The notes below the pieces were generated by a model. That model had not been told where the DNA came from and did no database searches. It saw only the letters and a program-made list of their open reading frames with translations. DNA of 64,000 nucleotides from Tubiluchus corallicola. Lineage: Eukaryota; Animalia; Priapulida. The position numbers were made by a program, and so were the translations under genes. Of this stretch, positions 39,172 through 53,296 are shown one piece after another. The DNA is taken from positions 124,001 through 188,000 of the forward strand of contig JAQGDQ010000010.1 of assembly GCA_030141605.1 (NCBI GenBank), in the 5' to 3' direction. Position 1 is the first letter of the stretch. The number at the start of each line of letters is the position of its first letter.

Positions 39172-40028
39172 CTTACAGGGCTGAAAACATGTATATACAT
39201 ATGGAAATTTCCTGTAACATGGCGTTCCTTGTGAATTTCGCATTAGCTGTAGCTCAAAGTATTCTTTAGACTTTTTGCACAGTCTACTATATAGCGCATA
39301 ATTTATGTGAATGTAACGATACTAGCTCAACAGCAACGTAGCTTACCTAATTAGTTTCTCGTCTACCTTGCGGTTGCGGTTGCCTTTGATCGGCCATTGG
39401 GAATGGTGATTAAATAATGCTGCATGGGGAATTGGGGAGCCTAATCATAATCTGTATTCGCAACACACGAAAATACTATTTTTAGAAATTTTTCACAGGA
39501 CCTAGATGTTAGAAAATTGTCATTTATTTATATTTTCATGGGAACAGCCTCGGCCAGGCAACGATAGAATTGACATGGGATTTCTAGAAAATAAATGAAC
39601 AAATCTTGTTCCTACATTGCTAATTTCCCTGCATTGAGAGCATATATGACACAAATTTTTGGATATTGAAGGAATGACACCGGCTAATTTTCCTCAATAG
39701 GCTGTCTCTGCGGCTGCATGGATCGTTTATTTTTTATTATACGTATTTACTCTTTCAGTGGTCTTGTTTAACGGGTTAACCACGCTGTGTATTAAATTAA
39801 ATGACTCGACAAAAGTACCTGCCATTTTTGCTTGCTTGCAGGTTTCAAGCAGGTCTGAAAGCAGATAAAAGCCAACCACTCGAAGAAGCCACTCGTAACA
39901 CAGCTTACCCAAGTGCTGTATGATGAAGAGCTTCAGCAGCACGGTTACTCGCTTCCCGTCGAGTAAGCCGGTGCCGTTGTGAATGAGTTAAAAATTCACG
40001 TGTAGGGGTCGCAACGATCGCTTCTTAA

Positions 40029-40107
40029 ATGTCGGCCAACATCGTAATAAAAATTGAGGATGTGGAAGATGATTACGAGGATGAGGAGAAGAAACTCCCA
40101 GAATCAG
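40029..40107 (+). CDS. Candidate first coding exon of an unidentified gene (MSANIVIKIEDVEDDYEDEEKKLPES..., phase 1)
   Basis: Acceptor tttttgcttgcttgcag ending at 39841; in-frame TAA immediately before ATG 40029; purine-rich acidic coding-like run; consensus CAG|GTAAGT donor at 40108. Downstream exons not identified. Confidence 0.45.
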
Positions 40108-40887
40108 GTAAGTGAATTTGTAAATGTAATCATCAAGTGGGAGGAGGATAAACGTAATCATCAAGTAAATGTAATCACCAATCACCAATTGTGATGGAAA
40201 TATCAAGTAGATACGTTTTACGGTAATGATATTTTTGGTACAGCAGTTATTGTAGGCCCGCCGCCTGTTAGTGTAATTAAAACTTGTTAAGCAATGGTTG
40301 ACTTTGTTTGTGCTAACGAAAAAAAAGCAAAAAAATAACAAAACTGAGAGGCGCATTTAACCTTGAATAAACGCCATTTTTGTGTCTAGTATTAATCTAT
40401 TCGAAATGTTTGACCTCTATTAACCGACAGAAGTACGATCTCAGAAGTTTCTCAGGGAGACTGGTGACTTTTTTTATAGACCTGTTTGATTTTTGATTTC
40501 GGGTGATAAAAATTAATGTCTTAGAAAAAAAGTTGATGAACAACTTGAAACAAATTAGAAAACTCGTAGAAAACACGCATTTATATTTAATCTCACCTAA
40601 ACTGATCTAATTTCATCTAAACTAATCGAATACATTCCAATGCAATCCAGTCCAGTCCAGTCCAGTCCAGTCCAATCCGATCTAATCCAATCCAAGCCAA
40701 CTCAATCCAGTCTATGATGCTTTAAGTCGTTGCGCACCCTTTGTGTACACTCTAATATCTTTTAACCGCAACTGGTCTGATTAGTTTTTCAACTCTGCAG
40801 GACTCCTGTCTGGTTGCTATAATAGTAGTAGATCTGAAGCCGTGGAACTATAACAACTCTCGTAAAAATACTGTATTGTTATTTGTG

Positions 40888-41417
40888 TTAAAGGAAGACA
40901 GGATGATTTTTATATCCTACCACATTTTCAAGCACGGTAAAAGTATGCATTTCAGAACCAATAACACTGCAAAAGCGTTTTTGATAATTAAATAATCGAT
41001 TAAAATCTTAATTGTCGGTGGGCGAGCCAAACTATTAATGGCATCACAAATGAACATAATTTTCAACAACACAAACATTCCATGAGCGTGTTGTTCGTGT
41101 TGCGAGATTGAAGGTACGGTGCTGCTGTAAAATATTCAGTGGCAAGTTTTAACATAAAAATGCAAATTTCAAATTTACCGATGTATTCATGCATGAGCTG
41201 TAGAACGCGTGCAGTGCGTCACAAACGAACACCTCTGAACTGAGAGGTACAACACCCGCTGTTTGTGAAACGCGTTTTCGAAATGCAGGCGCTACTGCAC
41301 GTCTAACTAGCGAATGGCGAAATGCGTGTAACAGCGAAGAGCTAGTGGCGCTAACATGAAATTGCGTTTCTTTTTACCGTGAAAGGTAATAATTCTTTCA
41401 CGTAAGTCATTACTGAA
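40888..41417 (+). mobile_element. TTAA-flanked MITE (Kolobok-like), copy A, 3' end lost at a (TA)n tract
   Basis: TTAA-AGGAAGACAGGATGATTTTT start; homologous along its length to the copies at 52803, 56368 and 58865. Confidence 0.82.
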
Positions 41418-42342
41418 ATATATATATATATATATATATATATTAACTTTATTAGTTAAACTTCAGTAGTTCATTTCTCTACGTCGTGTAACGTTGCACC
41501 GATTTACCATACTTGGCTTGTGCTGATCTTACTAAAAGCGTTGATTAGTCTTTAAGTGAGGACCCATATAATTTCGCCTCGCTAATAAGCGTGTTATAAT
41601 CCAGAACCTTCATTAGCTAGGAGCATTATTCTTCACTACTGGGAATGATCGAACCCGTGGAATCAGTAATTTCAGCCCGAGCTGAGGTTAATAGAAGTGT
41701 ACCAATCTACATAAAATCAAGCAGAAAATGTCGGGCGAGTTATTATGTATGTTCTTGATAGCTCAATGCAGTAAGATAATTTGTTTTCGACATCATTTCT
41801 CACGGATCAGTGTAGCACACTGTGGAGTAATTCACCGTTTTTCACTACCTGCTTTCGAATGCCATAACCGGATAGCATAACCTGATCTATTATAGGAAAG
41901 ACGAAAAAGCAAGAAACAATGATAACGCCATAGAATTACATATATTACCCTTTTTGATGCCGGATTGAACCAGTTCAATGTTAGTCGTTTCTCGCTGCAT
42001 AGTAGAAATTCGCCGTGTAGGGATGACTCAATAAGTTCCTTTTAGAAGGTGACATAGATGTGGTCAACCATCGAGCTGAAAGTGGAAGGGGAGGGAATTT
42101 TAAAGTATTTTTTTGTTAAAGTTTCCATACAAAGTTACATTACTTAGCATTACGCTTAGCTTTTCGAAAGATTTATGTAACTGCACTAATTGGAAAAGAA
42201 AATTCTTAATAATTTTATATACTCGTGCCACATCACCGAAAAGCGTATTTTTAATTTTACTGACAACATAAAGTAATTTAAACTTTTGTTTAGTTAGTGA
42301 AGTGTTTGTTACGAATGCTCTGACTGTTTTTGCAAACTTTAC

Positions 42343-43107
<765 letters not shown>

Positions 43108-43479
43108 GGTTTCTTGGGGTCAAAATGTGCAGTGCCGGTGTCTAATCAATATCTACAGAATAACTGTGTTACATTAACAATACGGACGAATGTTACTAGG
43201 AAGCCATGAAATAAGATTAAATTACTGTGTAATCAGTCACTAATTTACCAATCTGGCCAATCATACGGCACCGGTTTTCCCCTCTAATGGCATTTCCATA
43301 TAGTCGAGCTTTTTTTAAGTGAAAGAACTACCAATTCAGTGAATTGAAAGCAATTACTACGTCACTGATGCATTATTCTTTTTTCACATATGTGAGATGC
43401 TCTATTAATTTTTTCTCTGCATTCACGTTTTTCATTAAGATGTTGACCTCAGCCAAAGTTCTAACAATTTTACAATACT

Positions 43480-44250
43480 TCGTTTGACCAGGAAAACTAG
43501 CAACGGCGTGTGGCTATCTGATCAATAATGATGAAAACCTGGATGATATTCATTCCAATCTTAGAAAGGATTATCATTGCAAGTAAGCCGAATCTAAGGA
43601 ATATTGTTCTCTCTCCGCCTACAAGCAGACTTAATCTCGAACCACACAAAAGTATTGATTATGACAATAAATAGGCAAATTGTTAAAAGGCATTACATTC
43701 ACCCGCTAAATTTTGTCAGATTTTTGCTATAAGAAGACATCGCCAAATAATTTATGATTATTAATGAATAGATGGATCTTTTCAGAGTTTCACAAAACTC
43801 ACTCTGTTGAGTTAACACTGCTATAAATGCATATACAAAATCCTAACAACTAATAGGATCCAATGATTCAGTAGTTCGAATGATTTGAAATCGCAATGAG
43901 AAATTCTGCAAGGCTCTGTTATAGGACCACTATTCTAAATAAGTTAGAAACACTAAACAGTAAATACGAGTTGACGTGGCTCAGCTAAAAAGTGTACTCA
44001 CTACTCACTCAATGTAACAAAAGGCATTGTGAATCTGATAGAAATATTAGAGCGAATACTACAGTGAATGCAGTGAAGTTTAGCGGGCGACTCAAAAAGC
44101 TTAAGTGCTTCATCTTTGTTCTATCAAGCCGTGAGTTCAACAAGTTACAAATGACCAACAGTAGGGCAAGCACAATAATATTCTTCGTAAACAATTGGCT
44201 TTCGCAGTTTCATATTTGAACAATATTTACAAACCAAACTTTATGTCTAA
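43480..44250 (+). mobile_element. Decayed CR1/L2-group LINE reverse-transcriptase remnant
   Basis: FQS-FHKTHSVELTLL (~43780-43825, cf. FQSGFRxxHSTETALL), ILQGSVIGPLF (43903-43935, cf. VPQGSVLGPLLF), VNNWL..LN..KPNFM (~44186-44245). Confidence 0.65.
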
Positions 44251-46463
44251 TAAATAACAAACATTATCACAAGGTCTAGACCGTCTAATGCGTTTCCCAT
44301 GTATCTATCACAGCGAGTGAAAGATAAATGTAGTGTGATTATATCTGAACTTGTAAAGCCGCTCAAGCTTGTATAAATCTCTAATCATGAATAATTTAAC
44401 CATGTGATGTTGATTTTGGTGTCAGACCTGTAGAATAAAGGCAGAATTTATTCAATTTTTTTTATGCAATGTTTATGGATCAATAGTGATTAGCACAAAA
44501 TAATCACGACATTGCCTGTTTCATCGGAATTCAATATTTTTTATGATTTTGAAACTCAATTTGACTGTGGATTTTATTTCATTCTTTGCATAGTTTTTTA
44601 AATTTAAATGTCAGGAGATATTCTCAAACTTTGAATCGCCTGAACTATTGTCACATTTCCATAACAAAGAATCATTTTCTTACTATAATAGGTGTACTAG
44701 TGTTATTATGAAGATTCATACATTTACTGAAGTAATTACGTTGATCTTCTTAACAATTATTAAGACGTCTTTAGGCTGACTATATATTGATTAGTACAAA
44801 TTATTAGGTTCGGAGAAACTTATTTTTAATGAGCTTTTTTATGAATCAAAGTTTGTGCTTATGTGGATCATCCGGCAACATAGGACAATAGAACAGATCC
44901 AAAATGAAAACTGGGGCCGCTAACTTATTAGCTATGGAGCTGAATGACTCATGTCCCGCAAAGAACATTTCTTTTAGCTGTATGAATGATTCGTTAAAGT
45001 TATGTTAAAATTATGGAGAAACCAAAATAGAAGACTGGCGCGGAAACCTTGGTTTAGTAGAAGTGTATGTACCTCTACATTGTAAAATTATTATGACACT
45101 GTTTTGTGCAATTCGCAATTGTTTGACGAAATTTCGTTTGCATGGAATACTGTAAGCCTAACAATCGAAATTCTCTCTATCTGTATTGATGTTTAATCTG
45201 CGTTTGAAGTTCTTAAAAACGGTTTTTTGCTGGCACTGAAGAGTAAGAATAAAAAACCTTGTATCTTATGACGATTTTACAATAGTTTTGCTTTATAATG
45301 TTCTCATGACCTTATTTTGATATCTTTCAAATGAAAAGAACGTCATAATTATAGTTGTATAACTCACCTTATTTTTGTTCAGGCCTTCGTTATTTTTTTT
45401 CAAAGTTTTGACTATGCGGGCTATGTGTACATATTCATTGTGCCACTGATCTCAACGTATTGCTAATGTTTTGTAGGCCTACATCTTACTATTGTTACTA
45501 AATTTACACTGTTACTATTAATATTATAAAATTTGTGGTACTTTCATACTGTTTTATATAAACGGCAGATAATATTTATCCACAAAAAAGTTACTTCGTG
45601 GCCTAGTATTTATACACGTTGGGTTGTGCAGGTACGAGTATGTGATGAATATATCTAGTAGTTATGTAAGCCTAGAGCGTGTAGTACGGTTTTCCTCTGG
45701 GACAGAATTCATAGTTATTAGGTGGAGTAGCACTTAGGCTAAGCACTCTTCATCACAGCAAAGAACATCATCAAGAGATCCTTTTGGAAATAATTGCAAA
45801 GATCAGCCAACTTTGCAGGAAGGAAGTCAGCCTGTCATCACCGTTGCATTATCTCACCTTTGATGACAAAAGTACTGCGCAATCAATTACTCCGCGCGGC
45901 ACAGTCGATTCAAAAATAGGCCTGTGATTTGGAACAGCAGCAACGGCAGAGAGAATTACTGATCTCCTGGCTGCCATGTTGTAATTTTTCTCAACGACTC
46001 AATTCCTTAATAGCAAATCACAATAAGGAGACGCGGCAGCATAATAAACCGAAATTTCCTCTTTCGATCTTGCCGACTTGCTATTTCGCTTGGTTGGCAT
46101 AGCAACCTGTATACTTATATCCGCACGGTGAGGATATTACGGCTGCTGAATCGTTTCAAGACAATAATATCGGTTCGCTTGAACTAACCAGGTGCATCGG
46201 TAAAATTAGACCATTAAGCCGCTATTATGAAATGTTTACCGCGTGACAGGTACACAACACTTTTTCAAAGCTTATTGAGACCGAGCAGGTGCATTTGTCA
46301 CTTCTTCACTTTGTGCTTAATTAACGTTTGATTTGTGGAACCTGAACAGAGGCTTGTTTATAAGGAAGCCTTTTCTTTAACATTTTGTAAAAATACTGAA
46401 AAGTCCACCAGGGAAGAATATAGTAAATTATCCTGCAATAAAAACTACCTCGTTTTATTTCAT

Positions 46464-47280
46464 AAGATTGCTGGTGCACCAAGTAGGTCTAGTTCCCTTA
46501 TAAATTTAAAAAGATTGCTGATGCGCCAAGTAGGCTAGTTCCCTTATACATTTAAAAAGATTGCTGATGCGCCAAGTAGGCCTAGTTCCCTTATAAATTT
46601 AAAAAGATTGCTGGTGCACCAAGTAGGTCTAGGTCCCTTATAAAAGATTGCTGGTGCGCTAAGTAGGCTAGTTCCCTTATAAATTTAAAAAGATTGCTGG
46701 TGCGCTAAGAAGGCCTAGTTCCCTTATAAATTTAAAAATATTGCTGGTGCACCAAGAAGGAAGATACAGAACCTGCGTTACTCAACCTTTTGTGTTTTGC
46801 ACGCTTTTAATTCGCCTAACTGACGTTTCAATTATTAATTTAGGAATGTTGTCTCTTCTTTGGTTGCCTTGATAGGTTTTGATAAAAACTTCACTAGACA
46901 TTTATCGAAGAGGATTACAACACTAGACCATTACGTCACTCTAAATAAAAGTACTATATTGTTGCGAGTAAGGTTAAGCAAGGTCTCATGCTTGAATACT
47001 TCCATCAAACGTGAAACAAGTTCCCTTATAAATTTAAAACAATTGCTGGTGCACCAGGTAGGCCTAGTTCCCTTATAAATGTAAAAAGATTACCGTTGCG
47101 CCAAGTAGGCTAGTTCCCTTATAAATTTAAAAAGATTGCCGTTACGCCAAGTAGGTCTAGGTCCCTTATAAATTTAAAAAGATTGCCGTTGCGCCAAGTA
47201 GGCTAGTTCCCTTATAAATTTAAAAATATTGCTGGTGCACTAAGTAGGTCTAGGTCCCTTATAAATTTAAAAAGATTGCT
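46464..47280. repeat. 46-47 bp minisatellite, ~12 units in two blocks (46464-46760 and 47019-47280)
   Basis: Unit AAGATTGCTGGTGCACCAAGTAGG(T/C)CTAGTTCCCTTATAAATTTAAA with point variants. Confidence 0.95.
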
Positions 47281-47789
47281 AACTTGTAATGCTGTTTTCG
47301 TTGTAGGTGGCGCATTGCCGTTGTTGCCAACACTAGAGGCTTCCAATCGCAGTTAACTATTTAAAGCTAATTATTTATCGCTATAATCATCCAGACTTTA
47401 ACAGATTTAGACTTTCATAATGAATTACACTGCAATTTCGTTAATTTTGTTTCACGTTTGATGGAAGTATTCAAGCATGAGACCTTGCTTAACCTTACTC
47501 GCAAAACACAAAAGGTTGAGTAACGCAGGTTCTGTATCTTCCTTTTGCAATACTGATGAAGTAACCTTAATATGCCTATAAAATCCTGGAAATGTTGAGA
47601 GCAAAGATTTCATAGAAATCCAGTTAACTGAATCGTTAATTTCTATTGCTGCAACAATTCATTTTAATTAATATTTTAGACGCTTAAAAGCTTTTCGACT
47701 TAATTCTTTGCAGTGATATATTTTCATTGTGTAAAATGCGTTAAGAACACTGACAAACTATCGTGTGAATAAGATATCTCGCAGTGTGT

Positions 47790-47950
47790 AGTATGATGGT
47801 GGTGGTGATGGTGATGTTGTTGTTGTTGTTGATGATGATGATGATGATGATGGTATTGGTGATGATGACGACGTTGACGATAACGATGATGATGACGACG
47901 ACGGTGGTGTTGGTAACGAGTATGATGGCAATGTTGATAATCGATGATGT
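47790..47950. repeat. Compound (GAT/GTT/GAC/GGT)n trinucleotide tract
   Basis: Direct read; a similar tract lies at 50715-50790. Confidence 0.88.
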
Positions 47951-48944
47951 ATGTTCACTGACAATGACGTTGGGAAGATATTCTGAGGGTGCGCAGAAGT
48001 AGGAAGGGGGCAAAAAAAGAGCAAAGCTAAAAAGAATCTGTGTAAAAAGGTATTCAAAAGTTGCAGAAGGTATTTTAAGTCAACCAAAAAAATTAACCGT
48101 TGCTAGATGCAACGGTTATCTTCTATACATGCTCATTGTTCTAAATTTACTACAGTTTTCATCACTGACAAATCTAATTACCATGCACGCTTAATGTTGC
48201 TTCACTTTTACTTACAAACCAAACTAGTGCTCAGCTAAGCTGATGCGCACATAAAATGCAATCATTAAATTGAAGTGGACGACATTATGGCAATTAGTTA
48301 AACCATGCTTTGTGCATAAGTTGAGATGGAGTGAATCAAGCGTTAAAAATTAGTAATTAGCTGTCATTAGGGATTGTCATAGTTGCCACGAAAGACTATG
48401 GATTCATCCGCGAAGGTATTTAAGTGGAGATGTTGAAGAATGGGTGCTGAAAACAGCAAGTCTGTTGTGTTTAGTTACATTTTTCATGCAAGAGGTGGTA
48501 AAACGAGTTTAAATTTAAGAGACGGAGGCCATCTTTAGAAGTCATCACACATCATCAGTGATTACTAAGCTATTATGATGTGTAGGCGAGAAGAAGTAGT
48601 GAAGTCCATCTGAAAAGGCACTTATACTGATGTTGTTGTGGAAAAAATCAGGAAATCAATAAGCCATGAGCTTCCGTTACGTCATGCTAATTGTGTCAGA
48701 AAATGCAAATTTAGCCTGTACATATATTTATGTAATTATAAACATAAATATAAACTTGTATATAATTAATGAAAAAAACTAAAGATTTAGTACTTGAGCG
48801 TCAGGGTTTACAAGGATAAATGTAAGCAGTCCGAAACGCTCCAGAACTGGTTCAAGCCCACCAAACCAAAGAGGCTTTACAAAAATTTTTGGTTCTGTGC
48901 ACTTCTACTCTTCATGATCTTTCATTTGAACCATATTGAAAATG

Positions 48945-49425
48945 TATTAATTAAACATCTTTATTACTTAAGTAATTAACGAATTGCTACAATTTTCTGT
49001 TTTGAACCAACGACATCCTAGCTAATCATCTTTTCAAATTTCACCTCGAATTACTCATAGGAATATGCAATTTAAATCAATTTAAAATTAATTAAACACC
49101 TCTATTTAATTAACGAATTGCAAAGGACGTTTTTGTTTTGGAACCAAGGACACCCTAATTAATCTTCATTCTAAATTTCAGCTCGATTTGACAAACACTT
49201 TTGGAATTGGGTGATCTTAAAATTAATTAATTAAACCGCTCTAACTAATTGGCTAATTAACGAATTCTGCAAGATTTTGTGCTGAACCAAGAACGTCTTA
49301 ACCAATCGTCATGCCTAATTTCAGCTCAACTGTTTAAATAGTTTTGGAACTGTATGGTGGTTAAAAAATTTTGTAGTTATAAACAGTGTGACGGCAAAGT
49401 GACAAGATTTTTCTTGTGAGCTAAC
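48945..49425. repeat. Diverged ~135-150 bp tandem array (3 units), Helentron/HINE-like
   Basis: AATTAACGAATT..GAACCAA.GAC..AATTTCA(G/C)CTC at ~48975, ~49108 and ~49255; GTGAGCTAA near the right end. Confidence 0.65.
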
Positions 49426-49782
49426 ACTCGGGAACTAGTTATAGAAATTCTAATTTGATTTAAATCTAAACATGAGCTATAGATTTCTTTCATTATAACG
49501 CAATAAGGCAAGAGTATTTGGTATACGACTTTACCGTTAAGTTCGTGAGGTCGTCTACAACCACAGTCATAGTTAAGCGACTGTTATCGGTGTTGCCACC
49601 ATTACTGTCTTTTTTATTTTTTTTCACACAAACCATAGCAAAACACAGCGATTTCTTCTTTATATAACTTCTGCTTTACCCTTTTCTTCCTGTTCTTGAT
49701 GTCACCTCTATCGCTATCTTCGTGATTCCTACAAACAATCGACTTCGTTGTCAGTCAACATGGTCGTACTCTAGGAACTAGA

Positions 49783-49944
49783 CGGGGTCTAAAATACGTA
49801 AGACGGAGTGGGACTGTGTTCAGAGCCCTGGCGACTTACGTACTACGTCTCTCGCGGAGTTAGAAACGGGGTCTAAAATACGTGAGGCGAGGTGGGATTG
49901 TGGACCCTGGCGTCTGCCTACTACCTCTCTCGCGTAGTTAGAAA
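49783..49944. repeat. Tandem pair of ~80 bp units
   Basis: ACGGGGTCTAAAATACGT..GTGGGA.TGTG..CCCTGGCG..TACTAC.TCTCTCGCG.AGTTAGAAA occurs twice. Confidence 0.85.
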
Positions 49945-51417
49945 AATTGCTACAGCCCTGCAAGCAGCAGGCAGCGTATATGAGGTACATTCCATGTAGA
50001 GTTCAAATAAACTTTGAATGACTAAAAACATTTTGTATCCAACCTCGAATCTTTGTCAGAGTGAAGCTTTTTGGACTTCTGATTGTCGCCTAACTGCATA
50101 TTAAAAAGGCAGTCGCTACGACACTGATTTTTGATTAGACAAGTATTTCCAAAAAGTAGGGGCTCTTTTAATGAGTGACTTCTACTCTAAAGTATAGGGC
50201 AGGCAGCCTTTAACTTTCACCACTCCCACAATTTACATCATGTGTTTTGCTGCAGCAGTATAACAAGTTTACATATTTTTTTTCAATTATTTTAAACCGT
50301 CTTCAGAATCAAATTTATCGTGAAGCCTTTAGACTTCATAAATGCAAAAGAAAAATCAACAGGATTTTGCTTTTAAAGGACTTCTAAACAATTTCACAAG
50401 AAATAGGAAACCTTTGCGAAGGTTATTTTTATCCGTCGCGAGTCATGCAAGAAGCGAAAGAGCATCACGTTAGGTCTTTTAGGATAAACTTATTAAGCTC
50501 CATTTACGGAAACCATATTAGCGCTCTTAGAAGCGTAATAAGTTTTTAGCAATGATTCGCTGAATAAATCGTTTTGCTGAAATCGAGCACGGAGGAAGAA
50601 ACTTGCAACAGAGCGATTGCATTACATACGTAGTTGATAAAATTTGACAAGTGGATTATTGGGCTCGGTAGTAGCAGCAGCTGCCGCTACAGCAGTTGTA
50701 GTGTTGCTTCTTCAATGATGATGATGATGATGATGATAACGATGATGATGACGACGACGATGAATATGCTGCTGTGATGATGATGATGATGCACGAATGA
50801 CAAACCTGAAATGATATGTGGCAATATTAAGATCATGGTACCCGTAGAAAGTGCAAACAAAAAAAGCGAGCAACCATGCAGGTTTTTACCGTTTTTGTTT
50901 AAACTCAAACTGCGAATGTCAGTTTTTCGTTTGTGGTGTTTTGTATCCTTGCTTATACGGCACGCAATAATAGTTTGTACTGAAGGCACTTATGTGTTTA
51001 GATAAGCTATACAAATCAAAAATTTATTGTTTGCTTTATTTCAGCCAATTTGCGCCGCCATTCGCCGCGTGGTATTGTGTGTTTTTACCGTCGCGTGCTC
51101 GGCTCTGCCCATAAAACCACGTTGTATAAATCGACTGTGGACAGTAAAACAGGATTGTACACAACCAGTTCGCCATGAAGCTATTTAGGTTGTTTTAATT
51201 AGCTGAATGTTGCTATTGCAGCAAGGGAAACCAGTGAATTAAACTGGCAAAATGGTGTGATTGATTAAATGTTCGCTCTGTAGAGCAAAATGGATGAATG
51301 TCTCATTTGATTGAAATCTAAGAAAACTGAAGCTATTTTTTCTGGTAGCAGTGGTTATTTCATTTTATGAGTTTCGTCTCAGCAGTGTGATAGTAAATTG
51401 GCATTCTTACTGCGGAC

Positions 51418-51700
51418 CTTTCTCTTTCTCTTCCATGATTTATTCTTCCTATCTTGCCTTCTTTCTCTCCATTTGCGCCCCTCTCTCTTGGTCATTCTGC
51501 ATGTTTTTCTGCCTTTCCCTCTTTCTCGCTTTCCCTGTCTCCCACTCTGTCCCCCCTCTCTTTCTCTCACTCACTCATTCTCTCTCTTCCCTCTCTCTTT
51601 CTCTTTGTTTCCCTTTCCTTACCTCTTTCTCTTATTCTCCTTTCTGTCCAGGCATTTTCTTCTTCTTTCTATACATCCTTTTTCTCTTTCTTTATTTTGA
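51418..51700. repeat. Polypyrimidine (CT-rich) low-complexity tract
   Basis: Direct read. Confidence 0.9.
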
Positions 51701-52802
51701 ACCCCCTATCCAAGAAGTCTAAATTAGAAAACTCTAAACTAAAGAGCGAAGATTTTTTTCCATTTCTTTTCCATTTTTTTAAAGCACTGTAAGCTGGATA
51801 TGGTCATCATAACAACCGGGTAATAATGCACTATATTTGCTGCTACTGGTCTTGCGGCTAGGTTTTCCATGTGTAGGTTATCATCTTAACTTCTTTATCA
51901 TGATTGAATAGTCCGTAGAGCAGAAAACACAGTTGTTTTGTTGACTTTAATTCCACGAGTGAGCGGTTTCAATCGAAAAATGATCTTAACAATCTCTACT
52001 TCATCAATTCAACAATTCATCCCAGTGAAACTCATAACGTTAAATACAATACTGCTACAGTTAATAAGCGTTTTATCCTTTTATAAAGCTATCATCGGAA
52101 GGATAATCCTTTCCCAGTGTCCCGTGTACCAGTGCTGTCATTAATCAAGTGCAAACCACTTAAGAACCGATCTGTCCGGACTCAGATCGATGCTAAGACA
52201 TCCGGATTAGAAGCGAATTCGTGCTGGCGAGATGTTCGGGAGTATAATCAATCTGTCCCGGGAATATCTTACGAGAAATTGAAACCGGGATAAACTGAAT
52301 ACATGTCGCAAGGCCGGACTAATGAAAATCTTTTGTGGATCATATTCTTTGCATTGCCGTTTGTATCAGGTTTCTATTAGATAAAGGTATGGGTCAGATA
52401 AAGGCAGGGGTAACAATAAAGGCAAAAAGGCAAATGTAATGGTAAATGTATGTATAGTAGCAGTAGTAGGGAAAGGCAGAGTTGGGGATAAAGGTACAAA
52501 TAAGAAAATTGTGAGAAATATGTGAAATGCGCAAAGAAAGAAACGTTTCGCGCCCATTTTCGCGATAAATGCCGCAAGGAATTTTGCCACGCGTCGTCTG
52601 AGTGTAAAATGGGCCTTAGTTTCGTCGCTCAGTGAGTGCAGAAAGGTATAAACAACAATTGGTGTCGTCTTCAAATTGGACATATAAAGAAATAATTTTG
52701 TATGCCGCAAGTTGTCATGTCAAAGAACTGATTAATACATTCTAGCTGTGTCTCAGAAAAGATTTTATTTTGAATATTTCATATTCATTTTTCATTTTGA
52801 AT

Positions 52803-53296
52803 TTAAAAACGAAAACAGGGTGATTTTTCATACCCTCCCTCATTTTGAAGTACGGTAAATATTCATTTATAGACTTATGATAATGGCAAAGAAATTTTAG
52901 AAATCTTCATAAACTTAATTAATGCCAGACCAGCCCAAGTAATGATGACATCACAATTGAACTTAATTTTCAACACCCCAGATATTACGCGAGCGTGTTG
53001 CACGTGTTTTGGAAAGCGAAAATTGAAGTACAGCACTACTGCACAAAATTCAGTGTGATATAAAAAACTCTTTTCAAATTCAATTTTCAAGTTTGCCACT
53101 GTACTCACTCATAAACTCTCGAACGTGTGTACTACATCACAACTGAACGCTCTTGACTTGGGAGATGCAAACATGTACACAGGCAATAATTCTCCTACGT
53201 AAGCTGTTTTTGAAAAAATAGCGTGTTCCTTTTCAATATTTTATAGGGTAGATTGTTTTGAGCTGTAGTTTAAGATGGGGTCCGGTTTTCCTTTAA
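52803..53296 (+). mobile_element. TTAA-flanked MITE (Kolobok-like), copy B
   Basis: Starts TTAA..GAAAACAGGGTGATTTTTCATA and ends GGGTCCGGTTTTCCT-TTAA. Confidence 0.82.

Noticed and set aside
46464-47280. CRISPR-like appearance (regular repeats plus a captured segment)
   Set aside because: Units are contiguous with only point variants and no unique spacers; there are no cas genes and the context is eukaryotic. It is a minisatellite.
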